Assembly: GCF_037042905.1 (NCBI RefSeq)
Contig: NC_087251.1
Coordinates: 40,860,001-40,924,000, forward strand
Reading direction: 5' to 3'
DNA: 64,000 bases
Source of the DNA: Lytechinus pictus
Taxonomy: Eukaryota
The position numbers were made by a program, and so were the translations under genes. A model generated the notes under the pieces. It did not search any database. It was not told the origin of the DNA and saw nothing but the letters and a program-made list of their open reading frames with translations. How positions within the stretch are numbered: the first letter of the stretch is position 1; every line of letters starts with the position of its first letter. Positions 37,731 to 51,682 of the stretch are shown here, in pieces.

Positions 37731-40279
37731 TAACTCAAGTAGCCTTTGTATTGGACTATAATAGGCTGATTAATATTGGATCATTCTATGAAATGTATTT
37801 TGAGTTCCAGACTTGCTCTGATCACATGGACCTACTAGTAGGTCCATGATCTAAATAAGTTCATTTTTAACAGGATTATGTGCTTTATTGTGAAATGATA
37901 GGTCTCAACCATGTTTTTAATTGATGGAACAGTCAAGCATGTCGAATAGTGAGTGTCATGCCTCACCGTCGGGAACACATTCTGTATCTTGCCATTCTCA
38001 ATAATACCTTTGATAATAGTTATCAATGCCTACGCACTAATGTCTCACGAAATGTTCAATTTTGAGAGATTAATATTTTTTATTATCAATATTACCTTTT
38101 ATGCTTTTAAGTTTATAATAATCTTTATTAAAAAAGGTGACCATTAAAAATGATTCCCTCACGTACAGAATGACTTATCCCTAGTTGGTTCAGGGTATAT
38201 CCAATCTCCTTGGTATATCGCACGCTATATACATAACTTGAACTCTTGCACCGCGGCATGAGAATGCAATAGTCGAATTCCAATGGAATGGATCGCGGCG
38301 CCGTCTGACAACTCGGTGATAGTTCTTGAGGATGACATTCGGGTGAATATCAGGCGCTATCGTATACCCCAAGTGTACATCAGTATATGAAATGCTATGA
38401 TTACGTGGACATTACTTTAGTGGTGATGTTTTCACCTGTAATGCAAGATAATACATGTGTTATCCATCATTATGGGATGTGCAGTTGTATGTCCTCATTC
38501 CTCACTGCCGTATCCAAGGCATATTTTATTCAAGATTGCACCATTTCTTGTATTACGGAAAATCAATACATGGAAAGTGTAGAGCATTAATGATTATGTA
38601 TATATCTGTATTGTTGATTATTGTTTTATGGACGTGTCAACTATCACGTATCATGATTGAACTTTTGGACGATCAAGAGCTTTCAAAAAATGTTTAGCAA
38701 CACCAAATTAAAAAAAAATCAAGTAAAAAACAAATAAAATATAATTAAAAAAAAAGGATAATGTCAGGGAAGAAATTTATTGAATTTAATTCCTTTGATT
38801 AGACTCATGTTCTGAGTTTATAAAGATAGCTCATGTGTTGTGAATATTTAAACCTAGGTAAAAATGTACAGATGTTTTAAATATTTCAAAAGCAAGCGTT
38901 GGAAACGTTTGACACCCCCCCCCCCCCCTTTCGGGTACGTACAAGATCAGGTGGATGCCATATTTTGTACAAGTGTTTTAAATAGTTATATACAGTTCTC
39001 TTTAATGAATAGATTTATGCAAGTGCACAGGAAGTGTCTTTTGTTATCAAGAATGTGTTGCTTTATGCACTCATCTGTTATTGAAATTCTTTGAATTACT
39101 TTATATAAATTTTACAGTTAGTCCTAGTAACGGTAGCGTATAATTATTAGGAGGTTGATTTCAGTAATTCAGGGAGAACCACCTAAGCTAGAATAGACCA
39201 CAGATGTTAGTATAGGCAGTCGAATTTAAAACTGAGGGACTACGTCGGTGACGAGATAACGACCCCAGCTGCCACCGGTTTTCCACCGACATGATTGGTC
39301 AAAATACATGTCATCATTGGGGGCTCGATCTCGTCCACTAATTCGTTGAAGCCACATCTCTCTGATCTGGGGGCTACTCATCAAGGGGCAACACTGTCTG
39401 CGGAGGCCGAGGCCGAGTGGAAGAGACATCGCAAGCTGCGGAGGCCAGGAACTGGACCGACCACCAGGGCCGAGTGGGGTATATGTCAGGCCAGAAGAGA
39501 TGATGGGGGCTCAAGTCAACATTTATTAAGTTAAGTTATATTTTGTTATCAATATTCATGTATATTTCCATGTACATTATTGTAAAACAAATCAAAAGGA
39601 AACAACATTATGATTTAAGAGATTTGATTAAATCTTTTAATAACTGTATTCATCAGTTTAACGTATTCCTTATTTGGTGTCAAGCAGCAGTAGGAAACTA
39701 ATTTTAAAAAAGTCACTCCCATGTGACAGATAAGATCTATATATGAAAAAAAATTAAGCAAAAGTAAAGGGAAATGATAACCGCATTCATTCCGTTTAAG
39801 ACCTTGCAATGTGCCATGACATTAATGAATTCAAACTTTTGGTAAATATAAACCATATCTCAGGTCATATTTTCTATCTTTACATTTTCATCAAAATGTG
39901 TTTCAAATTGTAAAAATAAAACCATTTGGATCCTATTTTTTATATCACTGAGAATTCATCTGCGATTGTCTGACAATATAAGTCCTACTAAGAAACGGGA
40001 TGAAATTGAGCATATACAGCAACATAGGAATCTGGCGACCATGCCTGTTAGAAACCATGGAACATCTGGCGTGCATTTTGGTCTGTTTTTTCAAGAAATT
40101 CAATCATGAACTTGGGAGTTTGGGGTCGATTTAGAACAAGGCTGTCGAAATTCTCGTATAGAAAGCAGAGCAATTTGAGAAAAGGCTTGTTTTTGCTGGT
40201 CTATGCGTCGGTTACAAAGTAATTGTCCGTGTACTTGATGAAAGAACCCTCTTGATCGACCAAAGATACACAAGAACTG

Positions 40280-40417
40280 AGGAGCAATTCACGAGGAGTT
40301 CAGTCAGTGGTTTTTCACTGACTAAGTTGCTCTGAACCAATCAGATACAATGATTTACAGTAGCTTATAACATCTGTCAGTACAAATCACGGACAAAACT
40401 CTTCGTGAAACAATCCC
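40280..40417. mobile_element. Degenerate CWG-flanked MITE related to the 19882 family
   Basis: CTG|AGGAGCAATTCACGA ... TCGTGAAACAATCCC|CAG with an internal CCAATCAG motif. Confidence 0.5.
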
Positions 40418-40899
40418 CAGGTTTCATCACATTCTAGGAACAAATTTTTTTTTGGGGGGAATGGAAAAAAATACATTATAAGTGTTGGATAAATAATGAT
40501 TCCAGTTAGAGCCAGCATGCTTTTCGTTTTTAAGGAGATTTTTTTACACATCTTGTGCCGTCCTCTGACATTTTATTAAATCTGTAAATAGTAAGCCTAT
40601 ACACACCAGGTGATCGGAAACTGCAACTGAAAGAAAGACGACTTTCCCATGCTAAACAACAAACAAACATTAATGAAATGTCATTAATGCGGTTTTCAGA
40701 AATCCTAGGTCTTTTAACCACATCTTTAAACCAATGTCAATGGTGGTTATGTCGTGATGTCATAGATACGCTATCTACGTCATCTGTGACGTCACGACTA
40801 TCATTCATTTAGACACGTGCTTTGCCAAGGCAAATCCTGTATAGCGACTTCCATTTTTCGTACGTATGATCCAATAATGAATATCTACATCTAGCCACT

Positions 40900-41327
40900 A
40901 ACCCGTCTCTGTGGTCTTGTACTTTCGCCTTACGAGACCCTTATATAAAACGCCTTACAAACAACAAGAGTCGTTCGTAAGAGCGCCGTACGAATCTTCG
41001 GTCGTCAGGTGTTCTTACGAACGCCGTGAGAGCCCTTTATGAACAACCTAAGGTGTTCTGACAATCATCGTAAGAATTCAAGGCCTCTAGAAGTGGCTCT
41101 CGATCCTACAAAATCTTGAATGGTTAGTACGATGTTCTTACGACTTACGTAAGGCCGCCACACGAAGAGATGGTTTTGTACGACGTTAGAAAAATCTTGG
41201 ACAAGACCACCGACCAAGCTGCGAACTTACGAAAGGTCTGAAAATACTGGTTTCGTATATACGAAATAATTTAAAAATCTTTCGTACGGTGTTCGCAGCA
41301 GTTCTTAATGGTATTTGTGACCGAGCC
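40900..41327. mobile_element. Partial Harbinger-like element rich in CTTACGA/TCGTAAG motifs
   Basis: Reiterated motif and a right end TGTGACCGAGCC resembling the TGTGACC end of the 32136 MITE. The left end was not found. Confidence 0.4.
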
Positions 41328-42459
41328 ATCAAAGTAAATTATTTTATCGAATAGGGAATCAAAACAACAACAGCTCAGCAAAACATACTTCATAATAATT
41401 TTTAATGATATAGAACCATTTTGTTGTTGTTGTTGTTGGTGGTGGTGGTATTTAGCGAGTTATAGTCTGGAATCAACACATTTAAACTGTTTTAGTTTTG
41501 GGATTCATGCACTTTGTGTGACTTAACCGGAAGAAACACTGTGATGGTTCATTCATAACTGAAAGTTTGCTCGTGTTTTGTCTCCGGATATTGTCTCCGG
41601 AATGTGCCTCAATTGAAGAGAGAATCACTGCTTTCCAGCATTCCCAAGAAATGAGAAGAACTTCATGAAGCCAAGAAAGTTTCTGCGTGGGCCCAAACCC
41701 GCCAGAGATTTCACGGAAATAAAACTTTATCAAAAGAAATCATATTTTGATTCCACGACCGTGAAGTCTTCTTCTCGCTAATTATAATTATTGTGTATGT
41801 GCTATTCTTTTTTTCTTGAATGGCCCAAAACGCTTACAACAAGAAAATAGACTACATCAATGTATAAAATGAAATTTGCAATCCTAAAAACTCTGGACTT
41901 GAAAAAAAAATGTCTTAAGTCCCTTTCTAAATAAAGAGAATAAATGGATTCCCTCATAAATGGATTCCCTTTGAGCTTGTAATTTGACAAGCTCACAAAT
42001 GTTTCATATATATATATATATATTTAATATGGTCCCTGTTTATGCTTTGACCATTTCAAAGTAGCCTCGATGCGTTCACTTTTATGTCATTTCACTCTTC
42101 TTATGTGGGTGGGTTCGTTATGTTTATTCATCGTAGTTTAAAGGTATGGATTATATTTCATTGCAATATTTGTTATCCGACTGAATGTTTACTGGCTGAG
42201 CATTTTTGAAGCGTCGTTCCAGCAGCTACGCTAAACATTTAAAAATGCTGAAATGTCTTATGAGTGAAGAGGGAGCCCATACGGGGTTGTTGTGAAGGCG
42301 GCGTGTACCTAACGAGGACACGGTCGAACCTCAGGGCCTTCATCTATCATGGTTCTCCCAAGAGACACTACACCTGTTTGAAACAAAATTATGGTGTCGT
42401 GCATTTTCCCCCTCTTTTTAAGAGTCAAATTCACGAGCATTGCACCCCTACCGTCCCCA

Positions 42460-42679
42460 CACTGTATAAAAACGCTGTTTAAAATTTTAAGCACGTTGTT
42501 TAAGCCCGTCACTCTAACAACTACTGTTTAAACTTTTTAAACAAATGTTTAGACTTTTTAAACAACTGTTTAAACTTTTTAAACAAGTTGTTTAAAAAGT
42601 TTAAACAATTACAAAACAGTTTAAACAACCTGTTGTTAGAGTGACAGGCTTAAACAACGTGCTATTTTTTTTTACTGTG
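42460..42679 (+). mobile_element. CAC-terminal palindromic MITE
   Basis: CACTGTATAAAAACGCTG ... TTTTTACTGTG, with internal GTTTAAAC-type repeats. Confidence 0.8.
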
Positions 42680-45441
42680 TGCAGTGAAACATCGAACAGG
42701 AGATTGCGCAGGCATATTGCGTCCTGTTGAAGTCATTCTGACCGTTGCATTATAGCCTGCATTATTGTGATGAGTTAAGTTTCAAACAATGAAAAAATAT
42801 GAAATAAACAAAAGGAACTGTTGCTGAAACACGAAGTGTTAAAAATAAATGGGTTTATAGAATATGATGCGGCAAATGAAGCTGATGTTGGCCTATTTTA
42901 CACCAATCTCCAACAGCGCACACATCTCACAACATACATCAAAGGACGTTTTGGGCTTGGTTTTTTTTTTGGGGGGGGGGGGTGGGTGGTCTCATGTAGC
43001 ATGACTTGATAATGAATGAAGTGCTGAGTTCAGTAAAAAGTAAATTAAGAATAAAAAAAAATTGCTTCACAAAAAGCAGCCCCCGCGAGTCCTAAATCGT
43101 GCTATTACCATCCGCGTCGCTTGTAGGGGCCTACATTGATCTTTAGCATGTTTAGGCCTATATATTTGTTGTTTTTGTTGTGAATTTCCTGGATAATCCT
43201 TGACAAACGTATTCTTAGGAAGTGTTACGATCGTTCAAGGGCGGTCACTAGACCTCTCCACTCTCCCTCTTATCCGTGGGCGATAACTGGTTCAACAAAC
43301 GATCCATCAAGTTATCCAACTTCACAAGCAACTATCTTCCTTTAGAAAAAATATCAATTTTCGTTTGTTCATGACTTGTCTGAAAGAATTCCGTTTTGTA
43401 TCTAGCAAAATATTACAATAATTATCAGAAATATGTTAACATTGACCTCATCGTCATCAGTCAAGACTGTTTATGATCACTCGGCATAAAACTTACCTCG
43501 AGTTTAATGCAATATAAATATCGCTGAAGTTACAACAAGATTTCATAGCTCTTTGAGGTTTAAAGAATTTGATCTCATACTGACCTTAACTAAGTGCTAT
43601 AATGTATTTAACCCCCTTTTAAAATCCAACCCCCCTCAAAGGGCACTGGGTACGCCCCTGTGTGCATTTTAGACTCAGTCACGTTTCTTCAGCATTCATT
43701 GCTCCTGTCACATTGTGTTCGGATGCCTAATCAATAATACTACAATTTCACAAGTGTTTGTGCTCCCTAGGTAATACAATCTCCATTGCTTTGCCACTGA
43801 GCAAAATATATTACTTGGGTGGGTTTATTCGAGAAAATGATTCCCTAGATTCCTCCCCCATTCACCCTCAAGCACTTTCGCCGAGTTTATCTCATTTACC
43901 GACTAAAATTGCCTATTTTCATTTTAAAAATTTACTCCTGAAATGAGAAATATCGCCTGTGGTATTTCTGTACGATGTCAGTTTGTTTGATTTTCTTTTT
44001 TTCAGCCGAGGTGTTATATTTCTCCCTTGTAATGATTCGGAATGATTGGTTGACTTGAAAAAGTTAATTCGGAATTTAGAAAGAAAGCAACATGAGAAGG
44101 ATGTCATTTGTTGTAAACACCCTCTTGATGTAATAAAGAACGTTTTTATTTAAAACCATACTTCTCACGTATCCAGGGGCTGTGAACTTAACCCACAACT
44201 TATACAGATGAAATATCTTCACGGGCGAAAATGCTCCTTTGCCGCCAAACGTACGTTTTATCGTTTGCATTTTGATCTCACCTGCATGCCTGGATACGAA
44301 TTTTAGACTGACTTCGACAGAATTCGGGTACGTTCGGAGATTTTAGGCGGAAAATTTCTCTTCAAATTATCATTTTATTCATAGGCCTATCTGATACAAA
44401 ATGACATATGATAATCGATCAGATAAAAGTAAACTTTTCTCTTTTTTCTTTGACACACAACAACACAGTAGGCAGAACAAGATCTCAGTTAAACATGGAT
44501 TGTAGACCTTTGATACGTAAAAGGTAACAAAAACTACTTAAAGGAAATTTCTACCAAATTTTACATATCCTGTATATGATTTAACAGTTTAAGAGAGTTT
44601 GGCTAACCTACATTCACTTGGTCCCATTAATTTGGAAAAGAAGAGCCCCCCCCAAAAAAAAAAAAAAAAAAAAACATCCATGCTCTCAACTTATCAAGGC
44701 AAACTGTTAGAAAATAAAATTAGATTATATATTTTAATTTGTGACCATTCAATCATGAGCAAGCAAGGTCACATTAAACAAACAGATCCATTTGTTAATT
44801 TGATTATACATGCTAATTAAAGGACAGTGAATCATAGCAGATTTTAGCAACTGTAATTTCATTTGTGAGCAGATATTTTGTATCTAACGTATATACTGTA
44901 AAAGGGCAAAGATACGCCATGTTCCCTTTCTTTTATAAACTGAGAATTACGAGGTGTAGTTTTGCTCGGTGTCCATGCTCCCTTTTTCTTTTTGAAAATT
45001 ATCTGTGGGGGGATGGATATATAGGTGGCAAATTGTCTTCTCTTTCTTTACGCTCTATGTAACTTTAATAAAACAACTGGATATGACATAAATACAAGGC
45101 TGTCATATAAATAGTATTCGTTCTTATTGTTCGCTTGGTAACAAGCGCGATGTATAATATCTCACACTATAAACAAATCACCAATGTCAAATCAATACAC
45201 CCCCAACACTTGTGTGCTTTCAAACTCGTTTAGCGTGCCTTGCATCATGTATATACCAATGTGACAAATTTTGTATCCTAAATTGCCTGGAATATAAATA
45301 TCATTACCTTTCCCCGCAGCATGCCACCGCTTTGTGATTGTCTATGGCCTATACGCCTTTGTATTATTTTATTTCAATTATTATTTTTAAGTGAGAATCA
45401 TTGTAAAAAAAACAAAAACGAATATAATTCAAACAAACGTG

Positions 45442-45657
45442 CACAGTAAAAAAAAATAGCACGTTGTTTAAGCCTGTCACTCTAACAACAGGTTGTTTAA
45501 ACTGTTATGTAATTGTTTAAACTTTTATACAACTTGTTTAAAAAGTTTAAACAGTTGTTTAACTAGTCTAAACATTTTTTAAAAAGTTTAAACAGTAGTT
45601 GTTAGAGTGACGGGCTTAAACAACGTGCTTAAAATTTTAAACAGCGTTTTTACAGTG
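45442..45657 (-). mobile_element. Near-identical inverted copy of 42460-42679, with TG duplication
   Basis: TG|CACAGTAAAAAAAAATAGC ... GCGTTTTTACAGTG|TG. Confidence 0.8.
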
Positions 45658-46581
45658 TGAAATGTTGGTGCTACATGGAGGTGCACCCTATCATTTTGTA
45701 AGTGCATGGAAGGGGGAGGGGGCTTTTCTCCCCCCCCCCCCCCCCCTTAGTGGAAATAGAACACTTATAGAAGCTTCATATAGATTATGTATCTGACAGC
45801 ACAACCCTGTACAAGTTCTTATTTTGTATCTGAAAGCTGGATAAGGTAATGGTTAGTGATCATAAACACACTTTATTTTCTAGGACAAGCTACACATTGA
45901 TAAACTATGCTGAAAACCCTGAAAATTGCAAATGTATTTTGCGAGTTCGTAAATTGTACACATTGTCATCGTGTGCCTTCAAGGTTCAAATTCTTCCAAA
46001 TAAACCCATCGGTATTGCATTCATTTGAGATTGATACACTTAATACTTTAATATCATGGAATGGATACCCGTTCGTTGGTTTTTTTTTTCGTTCCATTCG
46101 TCTCAATTCAATTATTGATGATATTCCCTTAGCAATCATAAAAGAACCTTCAAAGTACACTCTCTCCTTGCGGAATCAAAGATTTAATTTTCCTTCAGCA
46201 TAAAAGAAATGAAACTCGGTCGTTTTGTCATGGGGAACTAACTTCATGATTGACTAATATATGCAATGTCATTTCATGGGATTCAGGGAGAGTATGGAAT
46301 AAAGACTGCATTAATCACTTGATTAGCCTTGCCATGTACATGGTAAGGTTTCAAATTTATTCAATATATTCCATTCATTATTCAATAAAATATATCGTTA
46401 CTTTGTGATGAGTGTCGTCCTTCATCAAAGCATTCAATGCGATAGACACACTATCACCAGCATGTATTATCTACTGAAATAAACTAAGAGTGGCATTTTC
46501 AGGGGGCGTGGTACGAATTTTATCAACTTGTCGTAAATGTTTTAATCTATTCATTGCATCACTTTGAGCAAATTCGTCTTT

Positions 46582-48643
46582 AACCCCCCCCCCAAAAAAA
46601 AAAAAAAAAAAAAAAAGAGGTGGAGAAATGCACTTTCTTGACTATTTTTTTTGGAATTTCATCTAACCTGTCAAAAGTAAAGTATAAATGCAAACTATAT
46701 ACATAATTCATAGGAACATCTTCATTGTAGAGAGTAACTTTCTTTACCCCTTGTGCATCCCTTCAGACTCCTGAATGTGCGTGTCTGTATTGCGTGTAAC
46801 TTCCCCGGTAACTTCTTCTTTTTTGGAAACCCGACTTTTGTTAACCTCGCAAAATATTACACCAATAACTTTGAAAATGCATTTATTTTATTTTATTTAT
46901 TTTCCTCAGCAAAGCTTGCTTATTTTATCTAAGTTTCACTCCACAGCCAGGTTGCTAAGAGACAAGGAGTAGATCTTATGCAAGAGTGAGTAGGAGATGA
47001 GAGAAGTGTGTGTGAGATTCTTCCTGTTAGAATTGAATTGAGATAATTTGCATATCTATTGTGTGTTGTGTCCAGGGTGGTAGACTTGTATAGGTCCCTT
47101 TTAGTGAGCTCAGTGAGCCTTTCTTTTTAACAGCTGCTTAAGATACTTTTGGGGAAATTGTAAAATTGGGAGGAGACCCCAGTAGCTTTCCACTAGTTTT
47201 CTGGCATTGCATCTTGGAGACTTTGTGTAACACACACCTATGCAATTTTGGGACAGTCGCCATTTTAGCTGCCATCTTGATAATTTTTTAATTTCAACTT
47301 TAAACAGAAAGCAGCCTTTCTTGTTTGATATTGGCTGGAACTTTTAGATACCTGTATGAGGTCAGATTTAGCTGAATGTATGCTGTTATTTTTATGCCTG
47401 TATTGAAGAAGCCATCGATGGTTCTAAGATCGGGATATATTCCAAGACCGGATAATTTCCAGGATCGGGACATTTCCCAAGACCGGGTCGCTTTGAAGAC
47501 TGGTGAATTGTTTTAAGCTGAACATTATAAAGTGCTGACTCTGGAGGTTTTCGGTCAACATGTCACCTGACAGATAAGTTGTAAATAGCAGTGAGAGAGA
47601 AAGCAGGAGACTTTTCGTTACATTTTGAAACTAGCTTTCTAAATACCAGAAATTCTTGCAAATTGACATTTCAGAAAATAGACATTGATTATGAAGATGA
47701 CTGAACATGAACAGTTTGATAGTGAGAAGAGTTTATTCGAATTTGAATCCGTGTAAGATATGATGTCGATTAACAGAGTTTTGAGCTAGAATTTAGGTGC
47801 ATAATTTTGTTTAAGCTCAAGTTCATGAGTTAGAAGGATTTTGAAATGTAATCACAAAAATGTTGTGATAAGAGATACAAAGTGGTGAGAATGGAGTTCT
47901 ATGAAGGTGGATTAATGCAGGATCCTTTCATAGGAATTTTTGGTAGTTGTTATTGTGAAAACAAAATGAAACAAAGTTAAAGGTTTAATTGATATTTTTG
48001 GAGGTAATTTTGCAGGTGAAAATGTAATACAATGAACGTTGAAGTTGGTGATTAGATCAGTGCAGGATCTTTTCAGTTATATTGGAGTTAAGAGACAGAT
48101 CGAGAGTTGAATATTAGAGCTTGGATCAATGCAGGATCCTTTGATTGTAAACTTGTGAATTAGAGTACTTTTCAGAATATTTTATCATTTAGAGGTGTTA
48201 CAGTTTTATTTCCCTTTTAAACTTCATACGTTGGGCAATATTGAACTTCGAAGAGAGATGTTTTGATATTGGAGTTTTGTATACTGAAATAAATTGTAAA
48301 TTGTGATTTGATACACACTGAGTTTTACTTGAATTTTATTTGGAGTCCGCCCATGTGACAACCACCCCCCAAAAAAAATAGGGGGAGAAAGGCACTTTCT
48401 TGACTATTTTATTGTAATTTCATCTAACTTGTCAAAAGTAAAGTACAAATGCAAACTATATACATTACCATAATTCATAAGAACATCTCCATTGTAAAGA
48501 GTAACTTTCTTTACCCCTTGTGCATCCCTTGAGACTCCAGACCTGAATGTGCGTGTCTGTATTGCGTGTAACTTCCCAGGTAACTTCTTCTTTTTTGGAA
48601 ACCCGACTTTTGTTAACCTCGCAAAATATTATACCAATAACTT
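46582..48643 (+). repeat. ~285-bp imperfect direct repeat pair (46582-46871 and 48361-48643)
   Basis: Both run C-tract/A-tract-GGAGAAA.GCACTTTCTTGACTATTTTT ... CCTCGCAAAATATTA.ACCAATAACTT with few substitutions or indels. Confidence 0.9.
46872..48360 (+). mobile_element. Probable 5'-truncated LTR fragment
   Basis: Strand-biased (G/T-rich), with internal short repeats (~20-bp units at 47425-47490; TGCAGGATC.TTT x3), AATAAA at ~48289 and a terminal TGTGACA. Confidence 0.5.
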
Positions 48644-49281
48644 ATGACAACAACAGGTGCCGATTTAAACACAGATATGTTTGAAATTTGTGCAAGGGAA
48701 GTAATATGATTCAATTCTTTGATAATCCAAAGTGATTATTTTCTTTGAACAATACAACACGCTGATTATACAAAGAACTCCTATACAGCATACGTCCCAC
48801 AAAAGAGGAAACCCGTTTTCAGAGATAGATTTCACAATAATGAAATATGTTTTTACTATAACTTTGATACTCTTGGTAAGAGTGGAATCCCATCTCGAAT
48901 TTGAAACCAACAGCTAAGCAAATCGTTCACGCATGGCATGTTACAAATAATAAATATTGGGGCATGTCAGAAACAATTTGCGCAGAAACTCACGTGTGGA
49001 TCTGAATCCACTCTCATTTAAGAGAGAATCTTAACATAGAATACAAAATAAATGCTAATGAGCTGATCGTCGAATAAGCACAGTCAACGTATCTCGAACC
49101 AATCTTGTCCCATTTTTCTCCGCAACCTGGTTTTGACATAAAAATTTCAAACTAGTCTTGCCCATTAATGCGTGACGTGTTCGTCTCCCGTCTCATGTTA
49201 TTATTTATTTATTTATTTTTGTAATTATTATTATTTGGCGTCACCTGTGCCTGACAGGCGAAAAGCGAACTGAATCACCAG

Positions 49282-49685
49282 GGGCTCGTCTTACAAAGAG
49301 TTGCGATTGATCCGATCAATCTCAACTATGGAAAGCCAGCAACGTCAACATCTAAAAGATATGTTTGTTCAAAATATTTTCTGAAAATGACGTTATGTTC
49401 ATACATTTACTGTTTTTCTTGACAATTCATTATGCTTCTCTTTGTTTTCAAAGGACATTGAGCAAATTTCCTGAAGGAAAATTATGACATTGATGGATTT
49501 CCATATACTTGAGATTGATCGGATCAATTGTAACTCTTTGTAAGACGGGGCTCTGGGGCCCGTAACACAAAGGTTAGCAATGATCGTATAACAATTTTCT
49601 ACGATTGATTCCATTGACTACAATGTACGATCAATCGTAAAAATCAAGCGTACGATCAATCGCTAACCTTTGTGTTACGGGACCC
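49282..49685. mobile_element. Two abutting CWG-flanked MITEs (49282-49552 and 49556-49685)
   Basis: TIRs CGTCTTACAAAGAGTT/AACTCTTTGTAAGACG and CCCGTAACACAAAGGTTAGC/GCTAACCTTTGTGTTACGGG, separated by CTG. Confidence 0.8.
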
Positions 49686-49699
49686 CGGTCTCTCGTCCC

Positions 49700-49925
49700 G
49701 ATATAACTGATTGGGGAGTGCAGGTGGACCACTACACCGGGTTTCCCCCCTACTGTTATACGAATAGTGCAGTGGGTTCTTAACGTGCAAATGTAGTGAC
49801 TCTCCTCAACACAGGGCCTCCATTTAACGTCCTATCCGAGGGATGGTGTGTTTTTCACTGTATGTAACATAGCCTGTATCTATGGAACAGGTGAGAGATG
49901 TTTACATACAACGCAGCCTTCAGTC
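49700..49925 (-). mobile_element. SINE remnant carrying a Deu-domain-like core
   Basis: Reverse complement CCTCGGATAGGACGTTAAATGGAGGCCC...TTAAGAACCCACTGCACTATTCG...AGTAGGGGGAAACCCGGTGT resembles the AmnSINE/DeuSINE core as recalled. Boundaries are approximate. Confidence 0.65.
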
Positions 49926-51682
49926 ATTGAGAATACAACCTAATTTGGTAATATTTCACTGCAATATTATACCATCTTTTCATAACATGAGGAAAGATTT
50001 TATTAACAGTATTTAACTCAAATCGAATAATTTGCAATAACAATGATACATTTTGAATGAGACAAAGCAGAAAACTTAGTATAACTGAGACGGAAACGAT
50101 TATCGCCATCTTGTCTAAACATTTCTCAAACTTGGAACCGGAAACCGAGTTGACGCCTCGAATAGTCCTTCAGATAAACCGACCTTGAAACATAACGTTA
50201 TTTTTTGTTAGTCTAGGGGAAAACATTTTTATTCCAGTGAAAGTATGATGTCACAAGTGAGTAGACAGTGGTCCTTCCTGTCTGCTAAAGAAACCAGAAG
50301 TGTTTTTTTTTCTACCTGAGGTAAACGCCCAGTTGGTGAGAAAGAAACCGGGGAAAGAAACATTAACATCGATGATCTGCGAAGCTTTTTCCTCTCATAC
50401 CAACGAAATAACATGAATGAAATAGAATAAAGTCTGGTATATTCACAAATATTAACACTCATTTCAATTTACATTATGCACCAATATTTTTTAATTGTGA
50501 AACTATGATTTTTTTCTCACACATTGATAATATATTTCGTTAAACAATAGATCAAGAGCCTTTCGAACCTTTACAAACTGAGGTGTGTGTTTTTCGAGTA
50601 GGTGGGGCATCATGTGAGATATATCATAATTGTAATGAACACATAATTTGCATAAAAAATGAAAGCGGATACCATTGACTAGATATTTCAGTCATGATGA
50701 ATTGATGAGGTTACGAAAATAAAAATTTCACACCCACCCTAAGTGGCGGTGTCTCCTTGTAAGTCACAAAAAACATTGATATATAAATAGAAATATAATG
50801 ACAATTATTGACATTGCATTCCCTTTGGGGTTGAGTTTAGGGTCATGTGTCTTTGTCCCAGTCTTTGTTGACAGAGCATCCGTTCTACCAATAGAAAATG
50901 AGAGCAACAGGTGAACGTGTGTGGGTCAATATCAAAGAGGTAATCACTGGTTTTTATAGATAAATATGAGAGAAAGGGGATCGAACTCCAGTGAGGAGGG
51001 GGCACTCGACTATCAAATCACAGAGACACCATTACTTACGAGACCAGAAAAAACGCGTAAATGTATAAAACGCGGTAGTGTTTGCTGCATGGTTGAGGAC
51101 CGATATGCACATGTGAGTAAAAAAAAATATCAAACTGCACCCCCCCCCCCAATTAAAGAAGTTAATGTTGATTTTTCTCATTTCTAAATGACAAAAGAAC
51201 ATGGGAATATAGATGAAGAGGGTATTTCACCGTGGGGAGGGGGGGGGGGGGGTAAAACTCGTGGTCGCGCGAATGTGGACAACAATACAGTGACCCCCCC
51301 CCCCAACAAACTAATGAAGTGAATGGGTGCCGGAGACATATTATTACTTAACTATGTTAATGATTTCCTTCTAGCATTATAGAGATTTTAGAAAATATAA
51401 TCAAAGTAAAGGCTTCGTAAAGTTGAATTGAATTTATTACCAAATCTCACTGTCGGTTACAATTACATGATATAGTACATCATATCAACAAAAACATTTG
51501 GTAATTAGAGCTTAAATAATAGCATAATAGCATTATCAGAGTTTAAACAATAATTTTAACTAAATCACATATTGTACATCAATTTTTTTTCAATACTGTG
51601 AATGCGAAACTTGTATTATGCCAACGAAAAAAATTATAAGATTAACAATAAGTGGGTGTATACCTTTTTATCGCATAATACG

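Noticed and set aside
39206..39521. GC-rich block bounded by TGTT...AACA, possible solo LTR
   Set aside because: No target duplication or second copy in the window; cannot be supported.
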